From Minisyncoccia bacterium (lineage in GTDB: Bacteria; Patescibacteriota; Minisyncoccia; UBA6257; 2-01-FULL-56-20), in the NCBI GenBank assembly GCA_049997875.1, contig JBEKRC010000005.1:1679-65678 (forward strand): a stretch of DNA of 64,000 nt, in the 5' to 3' direction. The notes under the pieces are model-generated. The model was not told where the DNA came from. It saw only the letters and a list, made by a program, of their open reading frames with translations, and made no database searches. This document shows positions 1-9,703 of this stretch, in pieces. The position numbers were made by a program, and so were the translations under genes. The number at the start of each line of letters is the position of its first letter. Position 1 is the stretch's first letter.

Positions 1-40
1 ATCCAGCACCATCTTAAAAAATGGTGCTGGATTGTTTTTT
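1..40 (+). terminator. Intrinsic terminator of a gene upstream of the window
   Basis: ATCCAGCACCAT/ATGGTGCTGGAT 12-bp hairpin followed by TGTTTTTT. Confidence 0.7.
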
Positions 41-65
41 GGAGGGCTTTGTGATATAATATAAT

Positions 66-129
66 GGAAGTGCTGCTGGCGTTTGGTCTCCTCTGAGGAC
101 GAAGTCGGCAAAACGCCAGCAGTACTTCC
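66..129 (+). other. 19-bp leader hairpin upstream of the CAP-domain gene
   Basis: 66-84 pairs with 111-129 (one G-U on the + strand); starts just after TATAAT at 55-60. Confidence 0.55.
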
Positions 130-147
130 TAAGCGTTATTTAAGGAG

Positions 148-1131
148 ATGTTCAAGAAACTAAAGCGTTATTTTATTCCGAACGAGGGAAACGATCACAG
201 GCCGCACATCCTGCGGCCGCAGGCGGTTGCTTTTGTGTGCCTTATCGCGATTGCCGCGGAGGGCGTTTTTCTCTTCGGTTCGTCATTCGTGATTCCGCGC
301 GTGAAGCTTTTCGGACTGATCATCGCGAATGCGCTCGTTGACAGTACGAACCAGGCGCGCGCTGCCGCTGATCTCCCTGCGCTTCGCGAAAGCGGGCTTT
401 TGGACGCGGCGGCGCAAGAGAAGGCGAACGACATGGTGACGAACAATTACTTTGCGCACACGAGCCCGTCTGGGCTCACGCCGTGGTATTGGTTTCAGAA
501 TGTAGGCTATCAGTTTGCCGTTGCAGGGGAGAATCTTGCGGTGGATTTTGCCGATTCGTCGGACGTGACGAATGCGTGGCTCAACTCCCCCGAGCACCGC
601 GCGAATATCATGAACGCCGGTTTCTCCGAGATCGGCATGGCGACGGCGCAAGGTGAATTTGAAGGCCATCCCGCAGTGTATGTGGTGGAACTCTTCGGTA
701 CGCCGCCGGTTTCGGTCATTCCTTCCGTGGCGGCTGCGCCGCTCCTCGTCGCAACAAACACAACAAATTCCGCTTCGCAGCAGAATCTTGCGGTGGTGAA
801 GGGTGCGCAAACAGAAGCGGTTTCCGCGACAACGGCCGGCACGGCGACGACCGCGGGAAGATCGCTCGCGTCTACACAAGCGCCCGCCCAGTCCCCATCG
901 CCGCAAACCAACCTCGTCCAGGGCGCCTTCGCCGATCCGCGCCGAACCGTGGATTATTTCTACTTCGGCATTGCGATCTTTTTTGCCATTGCCCTCTTCC
1001 TTAATATCTTTATCAAGATCCGCATTCAGCACCCGCAGCTCATTCTCGGAGGAATGTTGGTTATCCTCCTTGCGGGGCTTTTCATTGTTCTTAACCAGCA
1101 CTTCGGCACTTCGGGAGGCGTTATTGTATAG
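148..1131 (+). CDS. CAP/SCP-domain membrane protein
   Basis: YFAHTSP, AGENLA and WLNSPEHRANI motifs; N- and C-terminal hydrophobic helices. Confidence 0.9.
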   Translation: MFKKLKRYFIPNEGNDHRPHILRPQAVAFVCLIAIAAEGVFLFGSSFVIPRVKLFGLIIANALVDSTNQARAAADLPALRESGLLDAAAQEKANDMVTNNYFAHTSPSGLTPWYWFQNVGYQFAVAGENLAVDFADSSDVTNAWLNSPEHRANIMNAGFSEIGMATAQGEFEGHPAVYVVELFGTPPVSVIPSVAAAPLLVATNTTNSASQQNLAVVKGAQTEAVSATTAGTATTAGRSLASTQAPAQSPSPQTNLVQGAFADPRRTVDYFYFGIAIFFAIALFLNIFIKIRIQHPQLILGGMLVILLAGLFIVLNQHFGTSGGVIV

Positions 1132-1190
1132 TTTATCAGCTCCGCCCCATTGCGGGTCTATTTTTTTTGGCATAAGCTCAAAGCATAGCG

Positions 1191-2921
1191 ATGCCGTCGC
1201 CCACCACCGAACTCATCAAGAGCAAGCTGGACATTGTGGATTTCCTCCGCGGCTATTTGACGCTCACGCCCGCGGGAAAAAATTTCAAGGCGCTGTGCCC
1301 GTTCCATAAGGAGAAGACACCATCGTTCATGGTATCGCCCGAGCGGCAGTCGTGGCACTGCTTCGGGTGCGGCGTTGGCGGCGATATCTTTGGCTTCGTG
1401 ATGCGTTACGAGAACATGGAGTTCGGCGAAGCGCTCCGCCTGCTTGCGGAAAAAGCGGGTGTGGAACTGCGCCGCGAGAACCCCGCCGAGTACCGCTATG
1501 CGGGCTTGCTCTACGATCTGAACGACGCAGCAAAAAATTATTTCAGGAAGGCGCTTGCGGCGGCGCCCGTCGCAAAAAAATATCTGGCTGAGCGCGGCCT
1601 CACGCCGGAAACGGTTGAAGAATTTGAACTCGGCTGGGCGCCGAACGAACCGGAGGCGCTTTCCATGTTCCTCCTAAACTCCGGCAGCGCGCCGCAGGAC
1701 CTCATTCAGGCGGGACTCTCCATTAAAACCGAGCGAGGGCTCATGCTTGACCGCTTCCGCGGGCGCATCATGTTCCCGATCCATAATCATCAGGGCAAGG
1801 TGGTCGGCTTTACCGGGCGTATCCTGCCGCAGATAGAAAAAACACTCGCTGCAAACAAAGGCCAAGAGGTCGCGAAATATGTGAACAGTCCCGAGACGCC
1901 GATTTTCCAGAAATCGCGCCTGCTCTACGGATTTTGGAAAAGCAAGGATGCCATCCGCGAGGCGAAGTCGGCGTTCCTCGTGGAGGGCCAGATGGACTTT
2001 TTGATGAGTTGGCAATCCGGGGTGAAAAACGTGATTGCGAGCTCGGGCACCGCGTTGACCGCCGACCACCTGCGGTCGCTTCGCCGCCTCGCTGACGAAT
2101 TAATAGTGAGTTTTGACAACGATACTGCCGGTTCCGACGCTGCCGAGCGGGCGATTGACCTTGCCGAGGCAAACGACTTTGCGGTGAAAGTGGCCATCGT
2201 GAAAGATTTTAAAGATGCGGCCGATGCTGCGCAGGCGGACCCTCTGAATGTGCAAAGGGCGGTGAGCGGCGCCGTGGCCGCTCCGATTTTCTATTTTGAG
2301 AAATATCTTCCAAAAGATCCTGAAAAATTGAAAACGCGCGAAGGCCTGCGCGAGCTCCGCGTCGTGCTCGGAAAATTGAAGAACATCGCAAGTCCCGTGG
2401 AGCGCGGGTTTTGGCTGAAGGATCTTTCTGCACGAACGGGTATCGCGGAAAAGATATTGGAGGAAGAAGCAGCGAGGGCAAGCGCCACGGGCATTCTGGC
2501 CGCCGCGCCAAAAGAAGAAGCAGCGGCAAAGCGCGAAGTAGGACGCGCCGAGCTCATCGTTGAAGCGTTGCTTGCCGCCGCGCTCGCAAAAAATGATTTC
2601 ACACTATTTGATGACTGCGCGGCATTTTTGGATCCTGTCCAAAAAGAAATTCTCCGCATACTGAGGAGCGGAGAGACAAAGAGCGAAGACCCGTCGTTAG
2701 ACGAGACGATCGGACTCATCGTACTCCGCGCCCCGGGCGACATCGCGCCCGAAGAAATTGAGGCACTCAAGGCCGAGCTCTCAAAAGAATATTATAAAGA
2801 GCGCCGGAAAATCCTTTCGCTGGCGATAAAGAACGCCGAGGCTCGCGGCAATGAGGTGGAGCTCAAAGCGGCGCTTGAGGAATTGAAAAACCTGCCGGTG
2901 GCCTGGGCAGGGGAGTCCTAG
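1191..2921 (+). CDS. dnaG: DNA primase
   Basis: CPFH..C..C zinc finger, FRGRIMFPI, KYVNSPET, TOPRIM motifs VEGQMD and FDND. Confidence 0.97.
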   Translation: MPSPTTELIKSKLDIVDFLRGYLTLTPAGKNFKALCPFHKEKTPSFMVSPERQSWHCFGCGVGGDIFGFVMRYENMEFGEALRLLAEKAGVELRRENPAEYRYAGLLYDLNDAAKNYFRKALAAAPVAKKYLAERGLTPETVEEFELGWAPNEPEALSMFLLNSGSAPQDLIQAGLSIKTERGLMLDRFRGRIMFPIHNHQGKVVGFTGRILPQIEKTLAANKGQEVAKYVNSPETPIFQKSRLLYGFWKSKDAIREAKSAFLVEGQMDFLMSWQSGVKNVIASSGTALTADHLRSLRRLADELIVSFDNDTAGSDAAERAIDLAEANDFAVKVAIVKDFKDAADAAQADPLNVQRAVSGAVAAPIFYFEKYLPKDPEKLKTREGLRELRVVLGKLKNIASPVERGFWLKDLSARTGIAEKILEEEAARASATGILAAAPKEEAAAKREVGRAELIVEALLAAALAKNDFTLFDDCAAFLDPVQKEILRILRSGETKSEDPSLDETIGLIVLRAPGDIAPEEIEALKAELSKEYYKERRKILSLAIKNAEARGNEVELKAALEELKNLPVAWAGES

Positions 2922-2982
2922 TTTTGAGTCGTTAGTTCCAATCCTTGTGCGCTACCAATGTTAATGTTGTATAATCATTATT

Positions 2983-3360
2983 ATGGATGGAGAGAAGAAA
3001 CTTGAATTTGGACATGTGGAATATCCGTATGAACAGAGGATAGACAATGGAGCTAGCCCCGTCCGGCTTCGCGTTGAAAGATTGGCCAGAAATCTTGAAT
3101 TCTGTGGCTTAGAACAAGCTTCCATTCTGAAGATAGTGAATGCAATAGCCGAGTTTTCTGCGGCGGTTTCTCGTGATCGTGCGAGAGGCATGCATCTTGG
3201 TTCTACCAACCCAGAAACCACTCTCATGGGCGAAATATTAAAAAACGACCCTTCCTACTATGGGCTGCAGACGCAGACAGAGTTGAGGTTAATAGCAAAA
3301 CTGATAGAAGCATCTTGTATAAACGAGAACGATATTAAAGAGCTGGCAGGGAATTTGTAG
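2983..3360 (+). CDS. Hypothetical protein (AT-rich)
   Basis: 125-aa ORF with TATAAT just upstream; no recognisable motif. Confidence 0.6.
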   Translation: MDGEKKLEFGHVEYPYEQRIDNGASPVRLRVERLARNLEFCGLEQASILKIVNAIAEFSAAVSRDRARGMHLGSTNPETTLMGEILKNDPSYYGLQTQTELRLIAKLIEASCINENDIKELAGNL

Positions 3361-3404
3361 ATTTATATCTTGAGGATTATCCAAATCGGTGCGTTCTCGC
3401 AATC

Positions 3405-3455
3405 ATTAAATTTTTATTAAATGATTCTTGACACTTTCGCCTTGGACGCTACACT
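3405..3455 (+). promoter_or_regulatory. TTTAAT direct-repeat box (minus orientation) plus sigma70 promoter
   Basis: ATTAAA-N5-ATTAAA at 3405-3421, 6-bp gap, TTGACA 3428-3433, 16-bp spacer, TACACT 3450-3455. Confidence 0.7.
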
Positions 3456-3465
3456 GATAGCAGCG

Positions 3466-3582
3466 AAAGAGTTCAGTCTTTTGTGGAGTTGAAATGCAGG
3501 AAGGCTCTACTGCGGGGCGCTCCCGGGAGCGTTACGATGGAGGGTTAGCCGTCCTCCCGCTCCACAAAAGATTGAACTTTTT
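3466..3582 (+). ncRNA. Candidate structured RNA antisense to the 3' end of the nuclease-like ORF
   Basis: 23-bp closing stem 3466-3488/3560-3582 with G-U pairs only on the + strand; three internal hairpins; promoter directly upstream. Confidence 0.55.
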
Positions 3583-4005
3583 CAGATATCGCTCTCTTGT
3601 AAAAGATGCGGATACTATTTCTATGGAAGTATCTTCTTTATTAACCACTATTTCGACCGATATCAAATATGTTCTTTGATGTATGTTTTTGACGAGCAGA
3701 AAATCACCTCGTTTGTCGGGATTGTTGCGGTATATACGGTCGGGACGTTTTATTATATCCGTGAGATTCTCCAAAATCAGCAAAAAATCTTCCGGCGTAT
3801 GTTTATCAAAAATATGCCGATCGTAAACATGCTTCAGTGCTTTGGTGCTGATATAAACGCGTCGGTTCGTGCTTCTTTTCCGTCGGCGCATGATTTTTCC
3901 TGACGTTCGCCGTACGTTGCATAAATATAGTTTCTTAGTCGGTGTCAATGCCTTGGGTCCTGTATGCGCTATATATTTTTTGTAGAGATCGCGGATGGCA
4001 GACAT
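3532..4005 (-). CDS. Putative BECR/PBECR-fold ribonuclease
   Basis: LKHVYDRH, IIKRPDRIY and IVSA motif pattern typical of PBECR-type domains; likely ATG at 4005 after TATGGT. Confidence 0.6.
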   Translation of the reverse strand: MSAIRDLYKKYIAHTGPKALTPTKKLYLCNVRRTSGKIMRRRKRSTNRRVYISTKALKHVYDRHIFDKHTPEDFLLILENLTDIIKRPDRIYRNNPDKRGDFLLVKNIHQRTYLISVEIVVNKEDTSIEIVSASFTRERYLKKFNLLWSGRTANPPS

Positions 4006-4100
4006 GGCGCATTCACCATAGGACAAAGGGCATTAAAAAAAGCTAAAACGGGGCGCGCTTGCCAAACGGCGAAAAATAGTCAATAATAAAACATTCTCTG

Positions 4101-5327
4101 ATGCCCACCCATCGCAAGAAGCCCAAGAAGAGGCCGCAAAAAAAAGGCGGCATGAGGAAGCGCGCCCTCAAACGAAGGGCGGCGAAAACGAAAGCCGCGA
4201 AACGCCCAAAAGGCAAAAAAAAGCCGCTTTCAAAACTGGAGAAAGCCGTCAAGGCCAACGCGGCGGAGATAGAGGAGCTCATTGAACGCGGCCGGCCGCG
4301 CGGATTCGTGACGGACAACGAGATTCTTTACTATTTCCCGAAGATAGAGGACAGCGTGGAGTTGCTTGATGAGATTTACGATCGGCTGGAAAAAGCCGGT
4401 ATTAAAGTGATTGAAACGAGCGCGCTCATAGATTTCTCGAAGGACGAAGGAGAAAAGAACATTGACGAGTCGCTCGCGTTTGAAGGCGATGTGCCGGACG
4501 CCGTACAGATGTATTTGAAGGAAATAGGGAAAACGCCGCTTCTATCAAAAGACGAAGAACGCGAGCTCGCGAAGCGCGCGGAGAAAGGAGACGAGGAAGC
4601 GCGGCAGAAATTGATGAAGGCCAATTTACGGTTGGTGGTCTCCATCGCAAAGCGTTACGTGAACCGCACGCCGCACTTGAGCATTCTTGATCTCATCCAA
4701 GAGGGGAATATCGGCCTCTCTCGCGCGGTGGAAAAATTCGACTATCGGCGCGGGTTCAAATTCTCTACGTACGCAACGTGGTGGATCCGCCAAGCGATCA
4801 CGCGCGCGCTTGCCGACCAATCGCGCACCGTCCGCATTCCGGTGCACATGGTGGAGACAATTTCCAAATACACGCAGGTGCGTCGGCAGCTGATTCAGGA
4901 ATTGGGCCGCGATCCACTGGCCGAAGAGATCGCCGCGGAGATGGGAATAGACGTGGACAGGGTGCGCCACATCCAGAAGATTTCGCAGGAGGTGCTTTCC
5001 ATTGAGACGCCGATCGGCGACGAGGAGGACTCCACGCTTTCCGATTTCATTCCCGACGAGCGGAACGCGACGCCCTCGCAGCTTACGGCGCGCGCGATGC
5101 TCCGCGACCTCATCCGTGAGATCATGGTGGACCTCACCGAACGCGAACAGCAGATTTTAAAGATGCGGTTCGGCCTTGATGATGGCATCAGCCACACGCT
5201 TGAGGAAGTGGGGAGGGCCTTCGGCGTCACGCGCGAGCGCATCCGGCAGATTGAAGCGAAGGCGCTGGAGAAGATCCGCGAGCACGGCAAAGCGCCGGCG
5301 CTGGAGGGCTTTGAGAGCCTCACCTGA
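4101..5327 (+). CDS. rpoD: Primary sigma factor with a Lys/Arg-rich N-terminal extension
   Basis: [53 protein letters not shown]. Confidence 0.97.
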   Translation: MPTHRKKPKKRPQKKGGMRKRALKRRAAKTKAAKRPKGKKKPLSKLEKAVKANAAEIEELIERGRPRGFVTDNEILYYFPKIEDSVELLDEIYDRLEKAGIKVIETSALIDFSKDEGEKNIDESLAFEGDVPDAVQMYLKEIGKTPLLSKDEERELAKRAEKGDEEARQKLMKANLRLVVSIAKRYVNRTPHLSILDLIQEGNIGLSRAVEKFDYRRGFKFSTYATWWIRQAITRALADQSRTVRIPVHMVETISKYTQVRRQLIQELGRDPLAEEIAAEMGIDVDRVRHIQKISQEVLSIETPIGDEEDSTLSDFIPDERNATPSQLTARAMLRDLIREIMVDLTEREQQILKMRFGLDDGISHTLEEVGRAFGVTRERIRQIEAKALEKIREHGKAPALEGFESLT

Positions 5328-5481
5328 TCTTTTGTCCTGACCCGCTTCGGACTCGAGAAATGTAATTCGCTCACAACGAAAATGTGCCACCCTCTCGCCT
5401 TCGGCGGGGGTCCCGGCACATTTTCTGCTCGCTCAAACATTTCTTTCTCGTCCTTCGCTAGGTTGCGGACAAAAGATCAGG
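5323..5481. repeat. Long hairpin repeat, family A, copy 1
   Basis: 15-bp terminal inverted repeat; 34-nt core 5385-5418 identical to 24781-24814. Confidence 0.8.
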
Positions 5482-5500
5482 TTCGGCCCTTGCTGAATCA

Positions 5501-5533
5501 TTTAATAATTTTTTAATGTCCCGCGAGTATAAT
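5501..5533 (+). promoter_or_regulatory. TTTAAT-N5-TTTAAT box plus -10
   Basis: Box 5501-5517, 10-bp spacer, TATAAT 5528-5533, ATG 7 nt later. Confidence 0.75.
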
Positions 5534-5540
5534 ATTCGTA

Positions 5541-6071
5541 ATGGACATTATAGGGATCTTGAATTATCTCGGCATAACGCACGACAGGGCGCTTCCTTTC
5601 GCCATACTTATAGTGGCGATGATTTATATTAGCTATGCTTTTACCGCGCCGATAAAACGATCTGTCTCAAAAATATCCAACGCGATATTGGAGATACAGA
5701 CGATATTTCACCAGGATGGCGTGGAATTGAAATGTCATCTTGCAGAAGGAACAGGCAGCCCGCTACAGCCCACTCATTATGGGAAACAGCTCATTGTGGA
5801 GAGCGGCTTGGAAACCATCCTGAATGATAAGAAGGATTTTTTGAGGACGGTGCTGGCCAAGAAACTTCCGGAGAACTATACAGAGTACGATGTGCAGGAA
5901 AAGGCCCGCGAGCTTTTGATTGGGTTGAAAAGAGATCAGTTGATGAATCCCGTCAAAACATACGCGTACGAAAATGGAAAAGATATAGATATTATTTTGC
6001 GGGTTGGAGGTCTGTGGCTGAGGGATGATTTTATCGGGCAGGAAAGAAAGATAGTGCCCGAAAAAGGGTAG
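5541..6071 (+). CDS. Hypothetical membrane-anchored protein
   Basis: 176-aa ORF with an N-terminal hydrophobic helix and its own promoter. Confidence 0.7.
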   Translation: MDIIGILNYLGITHDRALPFAILIVAMIYISYAFTAPIKRSVSKISNAILEIQTIFHQDGVELKCHLAEGTGSPLQPTHYGKQLIVESGLETILNDKKDFLRTVLAKKLPENYTEYDVQEKARELLIGLKRDQLMNPVKTYAYENGKDIDIILRVGGLWLRDDFIGQERKIVPEKG

Positions 6072-6077
6072 GGTTGT

Positions 6078-6110
6078 TTTAATAATTTTTTAATGCACGG
6101 TGAGTATAAT
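6078..6110 (+). promoter_or_regulatory. TTTAAT-N5-TTTAAT box plus -10
   Basis: Box 6078-6094, 10-bp spacer, TATAAT 6105-6110. Confidence 0.75.
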
Positions 6111-6147
6111 ACTTTGCAAAGGTCGCAAAGCAAGTATTGTTATTTTT

Positions 6148-6399
6148 ATGGAGATGCCTACAATGGAATCTGTGAAGACAAAGTATAAATTTCCGTACAT
6201 CATTGAGCCGGACGAAGGCGGGTTTTATGCTACCTGTCCGGCCCTCAAAGGGTGTTCCACGCAGGGCGATACGTACGAAGAGGCACTCGCAAATATCAAA
6301 GAAGCAATCGAGGGCTATTTAGAGTGTCTTAAAAATGACGGAGAAGAAATTCCAACATCATCACATCATGGCTTGCCTACGGTAGAGATCGCCATCTAA
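6148..6399 (+). CDS. hicB: HicB-family antitoxin (short form, no DNA-binding domain)
   Basis: GFYATCPALKGCSTQGDTYEEALANIKEAI signature. Confidence 0.9.
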   Translation: MEMPTMESVKTKYKFPYIIEPDEGGFYATCPALKGCSTQGDTYEEALANIKEAIEGYLECLKNDGEEIPTSSHHGLPTVEIAI

Positions 6400-6402
6400 T
6401 CT

Positions 6403-6609
6403 ATGCCAAAACTTCCACGCCTCACCGCACGACAAGTAGCGGCTCGGCTAGAAGCGTGCAAGTTTTCGCTTTCACATCAGCGCGGGAGCCATAGATTTTA
6501 TCGTAATGCCGTCGGAAGATTGGTGACGGTCCCATTCCATGGCTCGCGCATCATCTGCCCCAAAACCCTGAAAGACATCATGCGCCAGGCGGGGATTGCG
6601 GAGTGGTGA
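6403..6609 (+). CDS. hicA: HicA-family mRNA interferase toxin
   Basis: QRGSH, VTVPFH and TLKDIMRQAG signature. Confidence 0.9.
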   Translation: MPKLPRLTARQVAARLEACKFSLSHQRGSHRFYRNAVGRLVTVPFHGSRIICPKTLKDIMRQAGIAEW

Positions 6610-6650
6610 CGCGTTGCAATTCAGCCGGTTTTATTTTAACTTTGAGATAC

Positions 6651-8396
6651 ATGGATTCGGCAGAAATTCGCAGGAGATTTCTAAAGTTTTTTGAGGAACG
6701 CGGGCACGCGATCGTGCCTTCTTCATCTTTGATTCCCGATGATCCGTCGGTGTTGCTCACAACTGCCGGCATGCAGCAGTTTAAGCAATACTACACAGGC
6801 GAGCTTGACGCGGTGAAAGATTTCGGGAGCAAGAACACGGCCTCCATCCAAAAGTCGTTCCGCACCTCCGACATTGATGAAATAGGCGACGAAACGCACA
6901 ACACGTTTTTTGAGATGCTCGGCAGTTTCAGTTTCGGCGGTTACTGGAAAAAGGAGGCGATCGCGTGGGCGCATGAGTTTCTGACAAACGAACTGGGGCT
7001 TTCCATCTCATACGTGGTTATTTTCAAAGGATCATCCCTGATACCAAAGGACGGAGAGTCGGAACGCATTTGGCACTCCCTCGGCGTCATGGATGTCAGA
7101 GAAGGGGGGATGGACGATGTGTTTTGGGGGCCCACCGGAACATCCGGTCCTTGCGGACCGACGACCGATATTTACTGCAAAGCCGGCGACGGAAGAGAAG
7201 TGGAAAACTGGAGCATCGTTTTCAACGAGTTCTTTTGTAGCGGTTCGCGCGAGGAATTGCGCGCGGGCAAGGCGGAGCTTACGCCGCTCAAAACACGGGG
7301 CATTGATACCGGCATGGGCTTGGAGCGGCTCGCCATGGTTGCGCAGAAGAAGGGAAACATTTTTGAAACGGACCTTTTCGCGCCGCTCGCCCGCGCATTG
7401 CCGGAGAATCTCAGCACAAGAACGAAGCGCATCGCGGTTGATCATGGGCGGGCAATGGCATTTTTGATCTCTGACGGCGTCCGTCCTTCTAATAAAGAGT
7501 CGGGATATATCTTGCGCCGCCTCATGCGTCGCACTATGGTGCACGAACATCTTTCGGGCACCCCCTTCATGGAAAATATTCTTAAAGAAGTTTGCAAACA
7601 TTACCGCGCTTACTATTCAGAACTGAATGTCGATCTTGTGACAGGGGAGTTTAATAAAGAAAAAGAACGGTTTCAGAAGACACTCGTTGCCGGCCTAAAG
7701 GAATTAAAGAAAATCCCGATCATTGATACTACAAGCGCCTTCCGGCTTTACGAGACATATGGCTTGCCCTACGAGATTATTACGGAGTTAGGCGGCACCA
7801 TAGATGACGGATTGACGCGCGAAGCATTTAATGCCGAGTTCAAAAAACATCAGGAACTCTCCCGCGCCGGAGCCACGAAGAAATTCGGCGGGCACGGGTT
7901 GGTTTTGGACACGGGCGAGCTTAAAGCGGGGAGCGAAGAAGAAATGCAAAAGGTGCTGCGCTTGCACACGGCGACGCACTTGCTGCAGCAGGCGCTCCGG
8001 GAGGTACTCGGGCCCGACGTGCATCAGATGGGATCGGATATCACGCCCGAGCGCACGCGCTTTGACTTTTCCTTCCCGCGCAAAATGACGCCTGAAGAGA
8101 TCAAAAAAGCAGAGGAGATTGTGAATCAAAAGATAGGAGAAAATCTGCTGGTGGGTTTCAGGGAAATGCCGAAAAGCGAGGCGGAAAAACTGGGCGCACT
8201 CCACTTCTTCAAAGAGAAATATCCCGAAAAGGTGAAAGTGTATTACGTGGGCAGCGACCTCGCGCACGCGTGGAGCAAGGAGTTCTGCGGCGGGCCGCAC
8301 GTTGCGCACACGGGGGAGATTGGCCATTTCAGAATTGCGAAGGAAGAAGCGGTGGGCTCGGGCATCCGGCGCATCCGCGGGATGTTGGATGATTGA
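6651..8396 (+). CDS. alaS: Alanyl-tRNA synthetase lacking the C-Ala domain
   Basis: TTAGMQQFK, HNTFFEMLG, DTGMGLER; editing motifs HTATH and EFCGGPH. Confidence 0.95.
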   Translation: MDSAEIRRRFLKFFEERGHAIVPSSSLIPDDPSVLLTTAGMQQFKQYYTGELDAVKDFGSKNTASIQKSFRTSDIDEIGDETHNTFFEMLGSFSFGGYWKKEAIAWAHEFLTNELGLSISYVVIFKGSSLIPKDGESERIWHSLGVMDVREGGMDDVFWGPTGTSGPCGPTTDIYCKAGDGREVENWSIVFNEFFCSGSREELRAGKAELTPLKTRGIDTGMGLERLAMVAQKKGNIFETDLFAPLARALPENLSTRTKRIAVDHGRAMAFLISDGVRPSNKESGYILRRLMRRTMVHEHLSGTPFMENILKEVCKHYRAYYSELNVDLVTGEFNKEKERFQKTLVAGLKELKKIPIIDTTSAFRLYETYGLPYEIITELGGTIDDGLTREAFNAEFKKHQELSRAGATKKFGGHGLVLDTGELKAGSEEEMQKVLRLHTATHLLQQALREVLGPDVHQMGSDITPERTRFDFSFPRKMTPEEIKKAEEIVNQKIGENLLVGFREMPKSEAEKLGALHFFKEKYPEKVKVYYVGSDLAHAWSKEFCGGPHVAHTGEIGHFRIAKEEAVGSGIRRIRGMLDD

Positions 8397-8449
8397 GATT
8401 ACAGGAAGCGTTGCTTAACAAGTTCCGGCTTGGGCGCTAAAATGAGAGC

Positions 8450-9643
8450 GTGAACTTGGATTTCTTCCGGCCGAGGGAAAAATTTTTGATATTGGAGATC
8501 ACGCCCAAAGGCACGAACGGATTGTTCTTAAGCGTGGACGAGGGCCGGAATGTCGTCACGGAAAAATTCGTGAGGCAGGACAATCCCAAAAAATTTTTGA
8601 GGACGCCCGCGCGGCGCGTTTCTGAAACAACATGGGAGGGGAAACACCTCTTTCGTTCGCGGCGGCGCGTGGTCGCGGTGGCGGATGCGGCGCTCGCGAC
8701 TACGATTCCCATTCCCCTTGCGCTTCCCCGCGAACGCGCGAACGCAAAGACAAAAATCACGATCGCGGAACTTGAGAATCTGATTGCGCAGGCGATGGCA
8801 AAGATTTTCAACGGCTGCCGGAGCGAGGCGGCGAAGCGGTTCGGGGCGGATGAGTTAAATGCGGTCCTCGTCGGCGCGCATGCGAAGCATTTCATGGTGG
8901 ACGGCAAAACGCATACAAGCCCTGTAGGCGCAACAGGAAAGAAAATCTCGCTGCTTTTGGAACTTACCTTTACGACGCGCGCGATTTTTGAGGACCTCAA
9001 ACCACTCTTCAACTCCCCGGAAGGATTTTTCTTCAGAGAAGCTCCGCAGACGCACCTCCGCGCGCTCGCGCGCATGCGCCCGTTGCCGCTCAACGTAATT
9101 GCGGCGGACGGCGAAGGCGCCTCGCTCTATGTGCTTGAAAGGCCAAAGGGGAATTATGCGGTGCTCTATCGCGAGAAGCTGGATTGGTCCTTTTCGTCGC
9201 TCATTAAAAAAGTGGCGGAGGCTCTCGCGGTGACGGAGGCAGCCGCGCAAGAGCTCTATTGCCGTTATCATCAAAAAGCAATGTCGGCGCATGCGGCGCG
9301 CGCATTCAAACGCATCGTGGAGTCCCCACTGCGCGATTTTCTGGAAACGATAGAAAAGCGAAGGATCAAAGGAGCGACATATGTGGAGATGCCGCATGCA
9401 TTACCGTTCACGTTGCCCCACAAACACGGCAAAGCGACACTCGCGGAATATCCCGTGGAAGAGTTGATGGAAAAATTCGGGTTCAATCTTTCTCTGGCAG
9501 CGCGGGGGAAGGTGCGGGAAGAGGGCGAAGGCGAACGTGCCATCCTCCGGTCGCTCTTCTACTTTGTAGAAGCTTATATTGACGAGGACCGATCTCTCAT
9601 CAACCAAAAGCTCCGCCGCCGGCTTCATTGGCTTGCGGAGTGA
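8450..9643 (+). CDS. Hypothetical protein, possibly divergent FtsA/actin-like
   Basis: 397-aa ORF with host-like codon usage; fold assignment is weak. Confidence 0.6.
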   Translation: MNLDFFRPREKFLILEITPKGTNGLFLSVDEGRNVVTEKFVRQDNPKKFLRTPARRVSETTWEGKHLFRSRRRVVAVADAALATTIPIPLALPRERANAKTKITIAELENLIAQAMAKIFNGCRSEAAKRFGADELNAVLVGAHAKHFMVDGKTHTSPVGATGKKISLLLELTFTTRAIFEDLKPLFNSPEGFFFREAPQTHLRALARMRPLPLNVIAADGEGASLYVLERPKGNYAVLYREKLDWSFSSLIKKVAEALAVTEAAAQELYCRYHQKAMSAHAARAFKRIVESPLRDFLETIEKRRIKGATYVEMPHALPFTLPHKHGKATLAEYPVEELMEKFGFNLSLAARGKVREEGEGERAILRSLFYFVEAYIDEDRSLINQKLRRRLHWLAE

Positions 9644-9703
9644 CGCGATACAGGCATGGCGGCCTGCCGAGAATATGGTATACTTTTCGTAACGTGCGAC
9701 CAA

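Noticed and set aside
85-112. Hammerhead ribozyme (CTGAGGACGAA)
   Set aside because: The CUGAUGA and GAAA core and the three-stem layout are not satisfied
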